Notes under the pieces: generated by a model
What the model was told of the DNA's origin: nothing
The model's input: only the letters and a program-made list of their open reading frames with translations
Database searches by the model: none
Origin: Chthonomonadales bacterium
GTDB lineage: Bacteria; Armatimonadota; Chthonomonadetes; Chthonomonadales; CAJBBX01
DNA: 56,260 bases
NCBI GenBank assembly: GCA_049967475.1
Contig: JBMFSQ010000024.1
Span: forward strand, 1 to 56,260
Direction: 5' to 3'
Translations under genes and position numbers: made by a program
Shown: one piece after another, positions 1 through 9,290 of the stretch
How the letters are laid out: each line of letters begins with the position of its first letter
How positions within the stretch are numbered: position 1 is the first letter of the stretch

Positions 1-1
1 C

Positions 2-46
2 GTCGTGGCCAGCCTCAAGGAAAAGTACACCGGCGAGGAGGGTTAG
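2..46 (+). CDS. 3' end of an upstream gene, truncated by the window edge
   Basis: Open frame VVASLKEKYTGEEG ending at TAG 44-46; too short to identify. Confidence 0.4.
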   Translation, partial: VVASLKEKYTGEEG

Positions 47-196
47 CGGATCAGAGAAGCTTCGATGCCGCCGGTCTCCTCTTGGAAGAGCTGCCGAACG
101 GTCGGCTGCGGTGCGCGGCGCCGGCATCTTCCTGCGGAGGCCGGCGGCAGGGATCTGCTCCCGATCAGCCCACATCCCTCCCGCCTGGAGGTTTCA

Positions 197-1219
197 ATGA
201 TCAAGCGAACACAATTCCACCTTCTTGCCGCAGCAGTCGCGGCTCTGTTCTGCATGTTCTTCTGCCCCTTCGCACGGGGGCAATCATCTCCTGCGCAACA
301 AAAACCCTGGTTCGAGAACATCACCTTCAAAGGGTACATCCAGCTCGATGCCACGTTCCCCCAAGGCAATTCGGTGCAGGGATCGGTAAGCAACTTTCGC
401 ATCCGCAGAACACGGCCTACGTTCATCGTGCCGATTGACGCACTCACACGCGTTCAGATACAGTTCGACGTGAGCACCGGTAAGTGCGGCTCCGGTGCAT
501 CCACCGCAACCGTCACCGACACCTACGCCGAGCGCATCGTTCCCCACTTCGGCGCGATACAGTTTGGCCAGAACCTGTTGCCCTTCGCATGTGAAGTGTA
601 TGAAGACAATGCCGCTCTTCGGTCTCCGTTGGAATTGAGCTACGCCGGCGAACAGCTAGCCCTGCTGGAACGGGACATCGGCCTGTTCCTCAGGAACACA
701 GCATCCACGGAAAAATGCATCTGCTGGGAATTTGGCCTGCTCAACGGACAAGGGTTCCGGTCCGCAGATGCAAACGCCAACAAGACGATTGCTGGCCGCG
801 TCACGGCACCGGTGCTTCCGTGGTTCCGCATCGGAATGTCCGGCCTGTACGGCACGTACAACAACAATGGCCATGACTGGGATCGCCACGCTGCCGGATG
901 GGAATTCCATGTTACGGCGTCCAAAGCCCTCAAACTCTCGGGGGAGTTCTACCACGCCAAATTCGTAGACAATCCCTGGGCTGCCACCAAGGTAGCGCGC
1001 TTCGATGGCGGGTACCTCCTATCGGAAAGCTGGATCGGCTCGCTTCAATCCATTCCATTTGTGCGCTACCAACGTACGTACGGAGACCTGGACTACCGAT
1101 CGGTAGATTTGGGTTGGCGCTGGCAATATGCGTCCAATCAGCGGCTTACCGCCGAGTACGACATCGTCAACGGACATCAGCGTAATTACAGCGGCGTCCG
1201 CTGGCAGATCTTCTTCTAG
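197..1219 (+). CDS. Outer-membrane porin, OprO/OprP-like family
   Basis: GGAGG RBS at 187-191 before ATG 197; signal peptide; FKGYIQ and FRIRRTR porin O/P-like motifs; amphipathic beta strands; C-terminal WQIFF. Confidence 0.7.
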   Translation: MIKRTQFHLLAAAVAALFCMFFCPFARGQSSPAQQKPWFENITFKGYIQLDATFPQGNSVQGSVSNFRIRRTRPTFIVPIDALTRVQIQFDVSTGKCGSGASTATVTDTYAERIVPHFGAIQFGQNLLPFACEVYEDNAALRSPLELSYAGEQLALLERDIGLFLRNTASTEKCICWEFGLLNGQGFRSADANANKTIAGRVTAPVLPWFRIGMSGLYGTYNNNGHDWDRHAAGWEFHVTASKALKLSGEFYHAKFVDNPWAATKVARFDGGYLLSESWIGSLQSIPFVRYQRTYGDLDYRSVDLGWRWQYASNQRLTAEYDIVNGHQRNYSGVRWQIFF

Positions 1220-1294
1220 CGGTTGCCGGCGGCCCAGCGCCGTGCCGCCGCATCTCCACTCCAGCCAAGACTGCCGCTTCTACACCCGCCGTAT

Positions 1295-1322
1295 ACAGGA
1301 AACGCGTGCCTCGGCGGCGAAG
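1295..1322 (+). promoter_or_regulatory. Putative alternative-sigma (SigH-like) promoter ACAGGA-N18-GAAG for the maeB-hyp operon
   Basis: Same motif and spacing found upstream of four other genes in the window. Confidence 0.45.
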
Positions 1323-1351
1323 GTTTGTATATACCGTTGTGATACAAACCT
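1321..1351. promoter_or_regulatory. Perfect 10-bp inverted repeat AGGTTTGTAT-N11-ATACAAACCT, candidate operator
   Basis: AT-rich palindrome in GC-rich DNA, lying between the putative promoter and the AGGAG RBS (1353-1357) of maeB. Confidence 0.6.
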
Positions 1352-1367
1352 CAGGAGACATGTTTCT

Positions 1368-3683
1368 ATGAACCTCAACGACGAGGCGCTTCGCTACCAC
1401 AGTTCCGCCCCTCCCGGTAAACTCGAGATCAATCCCACCAAACCGTGCCTAACCCAGCATGATCTCGCGCTTGCCTACACGCCGGGTGTAGCGGAACCCT
1501 GCCGAGCAATTCAGCGCAATTCCGAGGATGTGTTCCGGTACACCGGCCGGGGCAACCTGGTAGCCGTGGTCACCAACGGCACGGCCGTGCTCGGTTTGGG
1601 CGCCATCGGACCCTTGGCCGCCAAGCCGGTTATGGAAGGCAAGGCCCTCCTGTTCAAGAGGTTCTCGGATATTGACGCTGTAGACTTGGAGATTGCCACA
1701 GAAGATCCCCAGGCGTTTATCGCCGCAGTCAAGCTTCTGGAACCGTCCTTTGGAGGCATCAATCTGGAAGACATCCGCGCTCCGGAATGCTTCATCATCG
1801 AAGAGGCGCTCCAGAAGGAGATGAGCATTCCCGTATTCCATGACGACCAGCACGGTACGGCCATCATTTCGGGCGCCGCGCTCCTTAACGCATTGGAGAT
1901 TGTAGGGAAGCGCATCGAGGATGTTCGCATCGTATTCAGCGGGGCAGGGGCTGCGGCCACCGCCACGTACCGCTTTTACATAGCCCTCGGGGCCCGCAAA
2001 GAGCATATCATCGTTTGCGATAGCCGCGGCGTCCTATACAAGGGTCGCACCCAAGCCATGAACCCCATCAAAGAGGAACTGGCCGCAGACACCCAGGCCC
2101 GTACCTTGGCCGAAGCTTTGGCAGGGGCAGACGTCTTCGTGGGTCTATCAACCGCCGGCATTCTCACGGCGGATATGGTGCGATCCATGGCGAGCCGACC
2201 TATTATCTTCGCTATGGCCAACCCCGATCCCGAGATCGCCTACGAAGAGGCCAAGGCGGCGAGACCCGACGCGGTCGTAGCCACCGGCAGGTCCGACTAT
2301 CCCAATCAGGTGAACAACGTGCTGGGCTTTCCGTTCATCTTTCGGGGCGCCTTGGATGTTCGGGCCAGGCAAATCAATGAAGCCATGAAGATCGCCGCAG
2401 CCCGCGCCCTCGCCGCGCTCGCCAAAGAAGACGTTCCCGATGCCGTCGTCAAAGCCTACGGCCTTCAGGCCATCCACTTCGGCCCGGATTACCTAATCCC
2501 CAAGCCCTTTGACAGCCGCGTGCTCCTGTGGGTAGCTCCGGCCGTAGCGCAAGCTGCAATGGACACCGGCGTAGCCCGGGCTCCCATTGACCTAGACCGG
2601 TACCGCGAAGCCCTGGAGGCCCGATTAGGCAAGAGCCGCGAGATGATGCGCATCGTCTTCAACAAGGCGCGGCAGAGCCTCAAGCGCATCATCCTTACCG
2701 ATGGAGCCCATCCCAAGATGATGCGGGCAGCCCAGCAACTTTCGGAGGAGCGCATCGCCCAGCCGATCCTTCTAGGAGAAGAACACGAGATTGCCCGCCG
2801 GGCCGATGAACTCGGCATCGAACTTCGCGGCCTGCGTATACTGTCCCCAGCCGCCTCCCCGCTCCGGCAGCAATTCGCCGACCGCCTCTACGCCCTTCTA
2901 TGCCGCCAAGGAATGACCCAGCCCGAAGCCTGGGAACTCACCGCCAGCCCTCATTACTTCGGCGCCCTCATGTTGGAAGGAGGAGAGGGAGACGGAATGA
3001 TCATCGGGCCTACCTATCACTACCTCGAGGCCCTCAAACCTGCCCTGCAAATCATCGGACCAGCGGGTGATTGCTGCACCGCTGCCGGCGTCTACATGGT
3101 TACGACGCGCAACAAAGTCCTGTTCTTCGCCGATGCATCCGTGAATGTGGAGATGGATGCGGAGAAGATGGCGGACATCGCTATTCTTACTGCTCGCCTG
3201 GCGCGTGAGTTCAATATTGAGCCGCGCATTGCGATGTTGAGCTTCAGCAACTTCGGCAGCGTGTCGCACGCCCGGGTGGAGCGCGTGCGCAGAGCGGTGG
3301 AGATCGTGCGCAGCCGCCAGCCCGAACTCGTGGTGGATGGCGAGATGCAGGCCAATACTGCGCTCATGGAGGAATTCCTCAACCGAACGTACCCGTTCAA
3401 TCGGCTTCGAGGTGAAGCTAATGTGCTCATCTTTCCCAACCTCGAGTCGGGTAACATCGGGTACAACCTCGTTCAGCGCCTGGCCAATGCCGAGGCAGTG
3501 GGCCCCATCCTCGTGGGATTGCGCCATCCTGTGCATGTGGTGCAGCACTGGGACGAAGTGAAGGATATCGTGAACTTAGCCGCCATAGCTGCGGTGTCCG
3601 CCGGCAATACGCCGCCGCCGTGCAAAGACGCGCCCGCCAACCCCGCCGGAGACGGCAGCGGCGCGCAGCCGAAGGTTCTGTAA
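1368..3683 (+). CDS. maeB: NADP-dependent malic enzyme with C-terminal phosphotransacetylase-like domain
   Basis: [28 protein letters not shown] and [11 protein letters not shown] motifs plus PTA-like C-terminus ([13 protein letters not shown]); ATG 1368 with RBS. Confidence 0.95.
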   Translation: MNLNDEALRYHSSAPPGKLEINPTKPCLTQHDLALAYTPGVAEPCRAIQRNSEDVFRYTGRGNLVAVVTNGTAVLGLGAIGPLAAKPVMEGKALLFKRFSDIDAVDLEIATEDPQAFIAAVKLLEPSFGGINLEDIRAPECFIIEEALQKEMSIPVFHDDQHGTAIISGAALLNALEIVGKRIEDVRIVFSGAGAAATATYRFYIALGARKEHIIVCDSRGVLYKGRTQAMNPIKEELAADTQARTLAEALAGADVFVGLSTAGILTADMVRSMASRPIIFAMANPDPEIAYEEAKAARPDAVVATGRSDYPNQVNNVLGFPFIFRGALDVRARQINEAMKIAAARALAALAKEDVPDAVVKAYGLQAIHFGPDYLIPKPFDSRVLLWVAPAVAQAAMDTGVARAPIDLDRYREALEARLGKSREMMRIVFNKARQSLKRIILTDGAHPKMMRAAQQLSEERIAQPILLGEEHEIARRADELGIELRGLRILSPAASPLRQQFADRLYALLCRQGMTQPEAWELTASPHYFGALMLEGGEGDGMIIGPTYHYLEALKPALQIIGPAGDCCTAAGVYMVTTRNKVLFFADASVNVEMDAEKMADIAILTARLAREFNIEPRIAMLSFSNFGSVSHARVERVRRAVEIVRSRQPELVVDGEMQANTALMEEFLNRTYPFNRLRGEANVLIFPNLESGNIGYNLVQRLANAEAVGPILVGLRHPVHVVQHWDEVKDIVNLAAIAAVSAGNTPPPCKDAPANPAGDGSGAQPKVL

Positions 3684-3685
3684 GA

Positions 3686-5995
3686 ATGCGTCAGCGGCTC
3701 CGTGTGACGATCCATGGGGCTGTGCAGGGAGTGGGTTTTCGCCCTTTCGTGTACCGCCTCGCCACCGAGTTGGGGCTGGACGGATGGGTGCTCAACTCCG
3801 ATGAAGGGGTCGTCATCGAAGTAGAGGGCGACCCGGCCTCGCTGCACCGCTTCCTGCTGCGTGTCGAGCCCGAGAAGCCTGCCCAGGCGTCTATCTATAG
3901 CATTGAGGCGACCTACCTCGATGCGGAAGGATACTGCGGCTTCCAGATACGCGCATCGGAAGAAACCGGCCGCAAAACCGCTCTGATCCTACCGGATCTG
4001 GCCGTATGCCCCGACTGCGCCCGGGAGGTTTTGGATTCAAAGGATCGGCGCTTCCTGTACCCCTTCACGAATTGCACGAATTGCGGGCCCCGCTTCACCA
4101 TCATTGAAGCTCTTCCCTACGACCGGTCGAACACTTCCATGAAGCGGTTCGTGATGTGCGATGCCTGCCGCGCCGAATACGAGAACCCGCGCGACCGGCG
4201 CTTCCATGCCCAACCCAACGCTTGCCCGGCCTGCGGTCCCCACCTGGAGCTGTGGGACCGGGACGGAAGGCTCCTTGCAAGTCATCACTCGGCCGTGCTC
4301 GAAGCCGCGGCGGCGATCCGCAACGGCCTCGTAGTGGCCGTCAAGGGCCTCGGCGGCTTCCACCTCGTGACCGACGCCCGAAACGACGCAGCCGTGCATA
4401 CTCTGCGTGAACGCAAACGCCGTGAAGCAAAGCCCTTCGCCCTCATGGCCCCGAACTTGAAGTGGATCCGCAGCGCCTGTGTCGTGTCGCCATTGGAAGA
4501 GCGGCTTCTGCGGTCGGCCCAAGCGCCCATCGTGATGCTCGCCCGCAATGCAGATCGCATGGAGGTGTCGGACCTTGTGGCCCCGGCAAGCCCCGAGCTG
4601 GGCATCATGCTCCCCTATACGCCTCTCCATCTCATCTTGATGGAAGAACTTGGCTTCCCCGTCGTAGCCACCAGCGGCAATGCCTCCGATGAACCGATCT
4701 GCACCGATGAACACGAAGCCCTGCAACGGTTGGGCATCCTGGCAGACCTTTTCCTAGTACACAACCGGCCCATCGTGCGCCACGCCGACGATTCCATTGT
4801 AAGGATCCTGGAGGGCCGTGAGCTCGTGCTGCGAAGGGCCCGCGGTTATGCCCCTCTCCCCATCACCGTGGACCAATCCCTCCCGCCCATCCTCGGAGTG
4901 GGAGCGCATCTCAAGAACACGGTTGCCTTGGCCGTGGAACATACCGTTTTCGTAAGCCAGCACATCGGCGATCTGGAAACCAAGCAGGCCAACGACGCCT
5001 TCCGCAGAGCCACAGCCGATCTACCGCGCCTCTATGCAGTGCATCCCCGGGCTTTGGCATGCGATCTCCATCCGGATTATGCCTCCACCCGATACGCACA
5101 CGCCAGCGGTCTCCCCGTCGTCCCCGTTCAACACCACTATGCCCATGCCCTTGCCTGCCTGGCAGAGAACCGCCTCCGCCCGCCTGCGTTGGCGGTCACA
5201 TGGGATGGAACGGGCTACGGAACGGACGGCACGATTTGGGGAGGCGAGTTCCTTCTCATCACGGACGAGGGTTTTGAGCGCGCAGCCTTCCTGCGTCCCT
5301 TTTTTCTGCCGGGCGGGGAACAAGCGGTTCGCGAACCCAGGCGTGCCGCTCTCGGCGCTCTGTGGGCGATGCGCGATGACCTGCAGCCGGAACTTCTTCC
5401 GTTCCTATACGGTCCACGGCACGCCGCCGATGCCAACCCGGCAGATCCCTTCACCGCCCGTGAACGAGCGATCCTATTGGCGATGCTCAGGCAGGGCATC
5501 AATTGCCCCGTCACCACCAGCGTGGGCAGGCTCTTCGACGCCGCGGCTTCGCTCCTGGGCATTTGCCACACGAACCGCTTTGAAGGCCAGGCAGCGATGC
5601 TGCTCACTTGGGCCCTTCCCACCCATCCCATGACGGACGCGTATGGATCCGGTATCATACAAATGGAAAAGGATGCGATCCTGCTCGATTGGGCGCCCAT
5701 CTTCCGAGGACTTATGACAGACATTCAGGCCGGCGCGGAGATTGCCCTGATTACAGCGCGTTTTCACAATGCCCTTGCCGCGATGCTGGTAGAGGCCGCT
5801 GTGCGCATCGGCGAGCCCAAGGTTCTGCTCACAGGCGGCTGCTTCCAGAACCGGTATCTGACGGAACGAAGCATCGCCGCATTACGGCAGGCCGGTTTGC
5901 AGCCCTATTGGCACCAGCGCATCCCGCCCAATGATGGCGGCGTGGCCCTGGGGCAAATCCTGGCGGCTGCGCGCGTCACTGCGGGAGGAGGGTAG
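3686..5995 (+). CDS. hypF: Carbamoyltransferase HypF
   Basis: Acylphosphatase domain GAVQGVGFRPFV, two zinc fingers, KGLGGFHL, HHYAH, DGTGYG, PPNDGG. Confidence 0.97.
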   Translation: MRQRLRVTIHGAVQGVGFRPFVYRLATELGLDGWVLNSDEGVVIEVEGDPASLHRFLLRVEPEKPAQASIYSIEATYLDAEGYCGFQIRASEETGRKTALILPDLAVCPDCAREVLDSKDRRFLYPFTNCTNCGPRFTIIEALPYDRSNTSMKRFVMCDACRAEYENPRDRRFHAQPNACPACGPHLELWDRDGRLLASHHSAVLEAAAAIRNGLVVAVKGLGGFHLVTDARNDAAVHTLRERKRREAKPFALMAPNLKWIRSACVVSPLEERLLRSAQAPIVMLARNADRMEVSDLVAPASPELGIMLPYTPLHLILMEELGFPVVATSGNASDEPICTDEHEALQRLGILADLFLVHNRPIVRHADDSIVRILEGRELVLRRARGYAPLPITVDQSLPPILGVGAHLKNTVALAVEHTVFVSQHIGDLETKQANDAFRRATADLPRLYAVHPRALACDLHPDYASTRYAHASGLPVVPVQHHYAHALACLAENRLRPPALAVTWDGTGYGTDGTIWGGEFLLITDEGFERAAFLRPFFLPGGEQAVREPRRAALGALWAMRDDLQPELLPFLYGPRHAADANPADPFTARERAILLAMLRQGINCPVTTSVGRLFDAAASLLGICHTNRFEGQAAMLLTWALPTHPMTDAYGSGIIQMEKDAILLDWAPIFRGLMTDIQAGAEIALITARFHNALAAMLVEAAVRIGEPKVLLTGGCFQNRYLTERSIAALRQAGLQPYWHQRIPPNDGGVALGQILAAARVTAGGG

Positions 5996-5999
5996 GATC

Positions 6000-6272
6000 A
6001 TGTGCCTTGCCGTGCCCGGTAAGATCTTGTGCATTACGAACGACGACCCCCTCATGCGCATGGGGAAGGTGAGCTTCGGAGGCATCGTCAAGGAAGTGAA
6101 CCTCGCCTTCGTACCCGAGGCTTCGGTGGGGGACTATGTGGTAGTCCATGTAGGCTTCGCTCTCAGCAAAATAGACGAAGCCGAGGCGCAGCGTGTCTTC
6201 GAGATGCTCGAAAGCCTCGAGGAGCCCCACGCCCAGCGCAATCCTGCGCCAGCCAGTATTCCAGCCGATTAG
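6000..6272 (+). CDS. hypC: Hydrogenase maturation chaperone HypC
   Basis: N-terminal MCLAVP; VGDYVVVHVGFA. Confidence 0.96.
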   Translation: MCLAVPGKILCITNDDPLMRMGKVSFGGIVKEVNLAFVPEASVGDYVVVHVGFALSKIDEAEAQRVFEMLESLEEPHAQRNPAPASIPAD

Positions 6273-6289
6273 GCGCAAGGAGGCAAGCC

Positions 6290-6994
6290 ATGAAGATTGG
6301 AGGAGAATCTAACCTGGCCGACCGCCGAGTGACGGAATGGTTCCTTCGCGAACAGGCACGCAAGACCTTGGAACAGGCCGATGCCGCTGCAGCTCGCCCC
6401 ACACGCCCGCGCCCTGTGATCACCATCTCCCGTCAGTTTGGCGCAGGCGGGCGGACGGTGGCCGCTTTGGTAGCCAAGAAGATGGGCCAGGATTGGCAGG
6501 TTTGGGACCGCGAGATCATCGAGGCGATGGCCCGCAACGCCCAAGCCCGCAGAGAGATGATCGAAGCTTTGGACGAACGGACGCGCAGCTGGATCCAGGA
6601 GATGGCAGCCGACCTTGCCAACGTCCCCACGATGGAGCCGCTGGGATATCGCCGTCACCTGACCCAGGTGTTGTTGGCCCTCGCCCATCAGGGGCAGAAA
6701 GTTATCGTGGGCAGAGGCGCAAACTTTATCCTGAAGCAGGCTCTCAATGTGCGCCTCAGAGCCAACCTCGAATTCCGCGTTCAACAAGTGATGCGCTTGG
6801 AGGGCATCGGCCACGACGAAGCGCTGCGCCGCATCCATAAGGTAGATCGAGAACGCGCTGAGTTCACACGGCGTGTCTTCGACCGCGATATCGAAGATCC
6901 GGATGCCTACGACATGATCATCCGAACCAACGGCATCGGCTTCGAGGCCACAGCGGAAGCCATCGTTGCAGCAGCCAGGGCCATGTTCTCTTGA
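6290..6994 (+). CDS. Cytidylate kinase-like family protein
   Basis: [22 protein letters not shown]-loop variant, VIVGRGA, DRER and YDMII motifs. Confidence 0.85.
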   Translation: MKIGGESNLADRRVTEWFLREQARKTLEQADAAAARPTRPRPVITISRQFGAGGRTVAALVAKKMGQDWQVWDREIIEAMARNAQARREMIEALDERTRSWIQEMAADLANVPTMEPLGYRRHLTQVLLALAHQGQKVIVGRGANFILKQALNVRLRANLEFRVQQVMRLEGIGHDEALRRIHKVDRERAEFTRRVFDRDIEDPDAYDMIIRTNGIGFEATAEAIVAAARAMFS

Positions 6995-7022
6995 GGAGTT
7001 CAGCCCGCGAGGAGATCCATTC

Positions 7023-8177
7023 TTGCGCTTCGTAGAAGAATACCGAGATGCAGCAGCAGCCGCCCGCATCGCCCACGCCATAGCAGGCATCGTGACGCAG
7101 CCGTGGACCATCATGGAGATCTGCGGCGGCCAGACGCATGCCATCGTCAAGTTCGGCATTGACGAACTGCTCCCATCCCAGATCACCCTTGTTCACGGGC
7201 CGGGCTGCCCCGTGTGCGTCACCCCTGTGGAGATGCTGGACCGGGCCGTGGCCATCGCTTCACAGCCGGGGGTGATCTTCTGCTCTTTCGGCGACATGCT
7301 CCGCGTGCCGGGCACCCGCAGCGACCTTCAGACAGTGAAAGCTCAAGGGGCCGACGTGCGCATCGTCTATTCGCCTATGGATGCCTTGCGCCTTGCCCAA
7401 CAGCATCCCCAGCGCCAGGTGGTGTTCTTCGCAGTGGGCTTCGAAACAACAGCTCCCGCCAATGCCATGGCAGTATACCAGGCTGCCCGGATGGGCCTGC
7501 GCAACTTCAGCATCCTCGTGTCCCACGTTCTGGTGCCGCCGGCCGTAGAAGCCATCCTCGCCTCGCCCAACAACCGCGTACAGGCGCTTCTGGCCGCGGG
7601 TCACGTCTGCACCGTGATGGGGATTACGCAATACCCGCCGCTTGCTCAAAAGTATCACGTTCCCATCGTCGTTACCGGGTTCGAGCCCCTGGATATCCTC
7701 CAAGGCGTTTATTTGGCCGTGCGCCAATTGGAGGAAGGCCGCGCCGAGGTAGAAAACCAATACAGCCGATCCGTTCGGCCCGAGGGGAATGCAGCCGCTC
7801 AGGCACTGGTTGCGGAGGTGTTTCAAGTTACGGAGCGTAAGTGGCGGGGCATCGGCGAAATTCCCCAAAGCGGGCTGGGATTGCGGCCCGAATATAAGGA
7901 ATTCGACGCGGAACTTCGCTTCGACGTGAGCGGACACCATGCGGAGGAGCCTGCGGAGTGCATCGCGGGAGATGTTTTGCGGGGGCTCAAGAAGCCGCGG
8001 GAATGTTCGGCGTTCGCCACTCGGTGCACTCCGGAACACCCTCTGGGTGCACCCATGGTGTCGTCCGAAGGGGCTTGCGCCGCCTATTACCGTTATCGCC
8101 GAAGGACGGGCCTCGAGGGGCGATCGGCGAATGGCGAAGAGCGAGGGGCGAAAGGCGAAGAGGGTCGCTATGGCTGA
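7023..8177 (+). CDS. hypD: Hydrogenase maturation protein HypD
   Basis: TTG start after GAGGAG gives (M)[29 protein letters not shown] and C-terminal Fe-S Cys motif ([13 protein letters not shown]). Confidence 0.96.
   Translation: MRFVEEYRDAAAAARIAHAIAGIVTQPWTIMEICGGQTHAIVKFGIDELLPSQITLVHGPGCPVCVTPVEMLDRAVAIASQPGVIFCSFGDMLRVPGTRSDLQTVKAQGADVRIVYSPMDALRLAQQHPQRQVVFFAVGFETTAPANAMAVYQAARMGLRNFSILVSHVLVPPAVEAILASPNNRVQALLAAGHVCTVMGITQYPPLAQKYHVPIVVTGFEPLDILQGVYLAVRQLEEGRAEVENQYSRSVRPEGNAAAQALVAEVFQVTERKWRGIGEIPQSGLGLRPEYKEFDAELRFDVSGHHAEEPAECIAGDVLRGLKKPRECSAFATRCTPEHPLGAPMVSSEGACAAYYRYRRRTGLEGRSANGEERGAKGEEGRYG
8112..8160 (+). repeat. Seven degenerate tandem heptamers, consensus GGCGAAG
   Basis: ctcgagg ggcgatc ggcgaat ggcgaag agcgagg ggcgaaa ggcgaag; CGA recurs with period 7. 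Confidence 0.8.
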
Positions 8178-9255
8178 GCACCAACAGACACGTGCCGAGG
8201 ATGAACGGCCTGATGCCGTCGAGGTTTCTTGTCCTGCGCCCCTGCCGGCCGACACCACCATCCTGATGGGACATGGGGGCGGCGGGAGACTCACCCACCA
8301 ACTCATTGAACGGCTCTTCTTGCCGCTCTTTGCCAATCCCCAACTCGATGCCCGCCACGACGGCGCGCTCCTATCCCTGCCCGTGCCTCGAGTGGCGTTC
8401 ACAACGGACACGTATGTAGTGCGCCCGCTCTTCTTCCCCGGCGGGGATATAGGCAAGCTCGCCGTCTGCGGCACAGTCAATGACCTTGCGATGTGCGGCG
8501 CCCGGCCGCTCTACCTCAGTGCAGGCTTTGTTCTGGAGGAAGGACTTCCTCTGACCGTTCTGTCACGCGTCGTCGCATCTATGCAGAATGCTGCCGAAGC
8601 ATGCTCCGTGGCCATCGTTACGGGTGACACTAAGGTAGTGGATGGAGGGCGCGGCGACGGCCTTTATGTGAACACTGCGGGCGTAGGCGTCGTGGAGCAT
8701 GATCGCACCGTGGGACCTGGAGCTGTGCGCCCGGGCGATGCCGTCCTTGTAAGCGGAGATATCGGCCGCCACGGCATCGCGGTCATGGCACAGCGCGAGG
8801 GGCTTGAATTTGAAACGACCATAGAGAGCGACTGCGCCTCCGTTGCAGAGCCCGCTCTCGATCTTCTGCGCCACGGGCTTCCGGTGCACTGCCTCAGGGA
8901 TTTGACGCGGGGAGGTTTGGCTGCGGCCCTAGTCGAGATCGCCGAGGCATCCGGATGGACCATCGCGCTGGACGAGGCCTCTATCCCCGTGTGCCAGGAA
9001 GTGGCCGGGGCGTGCGAAATTCTCGGCTTTGATCCCCTGTACGTCGCCAACGAAGGGCGCTTCCTGTGCATCCTGCCCCGAGAGCACGCCGACGCAGCCT
9101 TAGCCATTCTGCATCAGCACCCCGTCAGCGCCCAGGCCGTATACGCCGGGGAGGTTACAGAAGAACGCGAGGGCGTCGTGATCCTGCGCACTGCGATTGG
9201 TGCCGCCCGCATCTTAGATCTTTTCAGCGGGGAACAGCTCCCCAGGATCTGCTGA
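8170..9255 (+). CDS. hypE: Carbamoyl dehydratase HypE
   Basis: [30 protein letters not shown] and C-terminal LPRIC. Confidence 0.97.
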   Translation: MAEHQQTRAEDERPDAVEVSCPAPLPADTTILMGHGGGGRLTHQLIERLFLPLFANPQLDARHDGALLSLPVPRVAFTTDTYVVRPLFFPGGDIGKLAVCGTVNDLAMCGARPLYLSAGFVLEEGLPLTVLSRVVASMQNAAEACSVAIVTGDTKVVDGGRGDGLYVNTAGVGVVEHDRTVGPGAVRPGDAVLVSGDIGRHGIAVMAQREGLEFETTIESDCASVAEPALDLLRHGLPVHCLRDLTRGGLAAALVEIAEASGWTIALDEASIPVCQEVAGACEILGFDPLYVANEGRFLCILPREHADAALAILHQHPVSAQAVYAGEVTEEREGVVILRTAIGAARILDLFSGEQLPRIC

Positions 9256-9290
9256 CGCCCAATTACGGAGCTATAGAGAGGAAACAGACC

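Noticed and set aside
8112..8160. CRISPR-like array
   Set aside because: Period-7 tandem with no spacers and no cas genes; no CRISPR seen anywhere in the window
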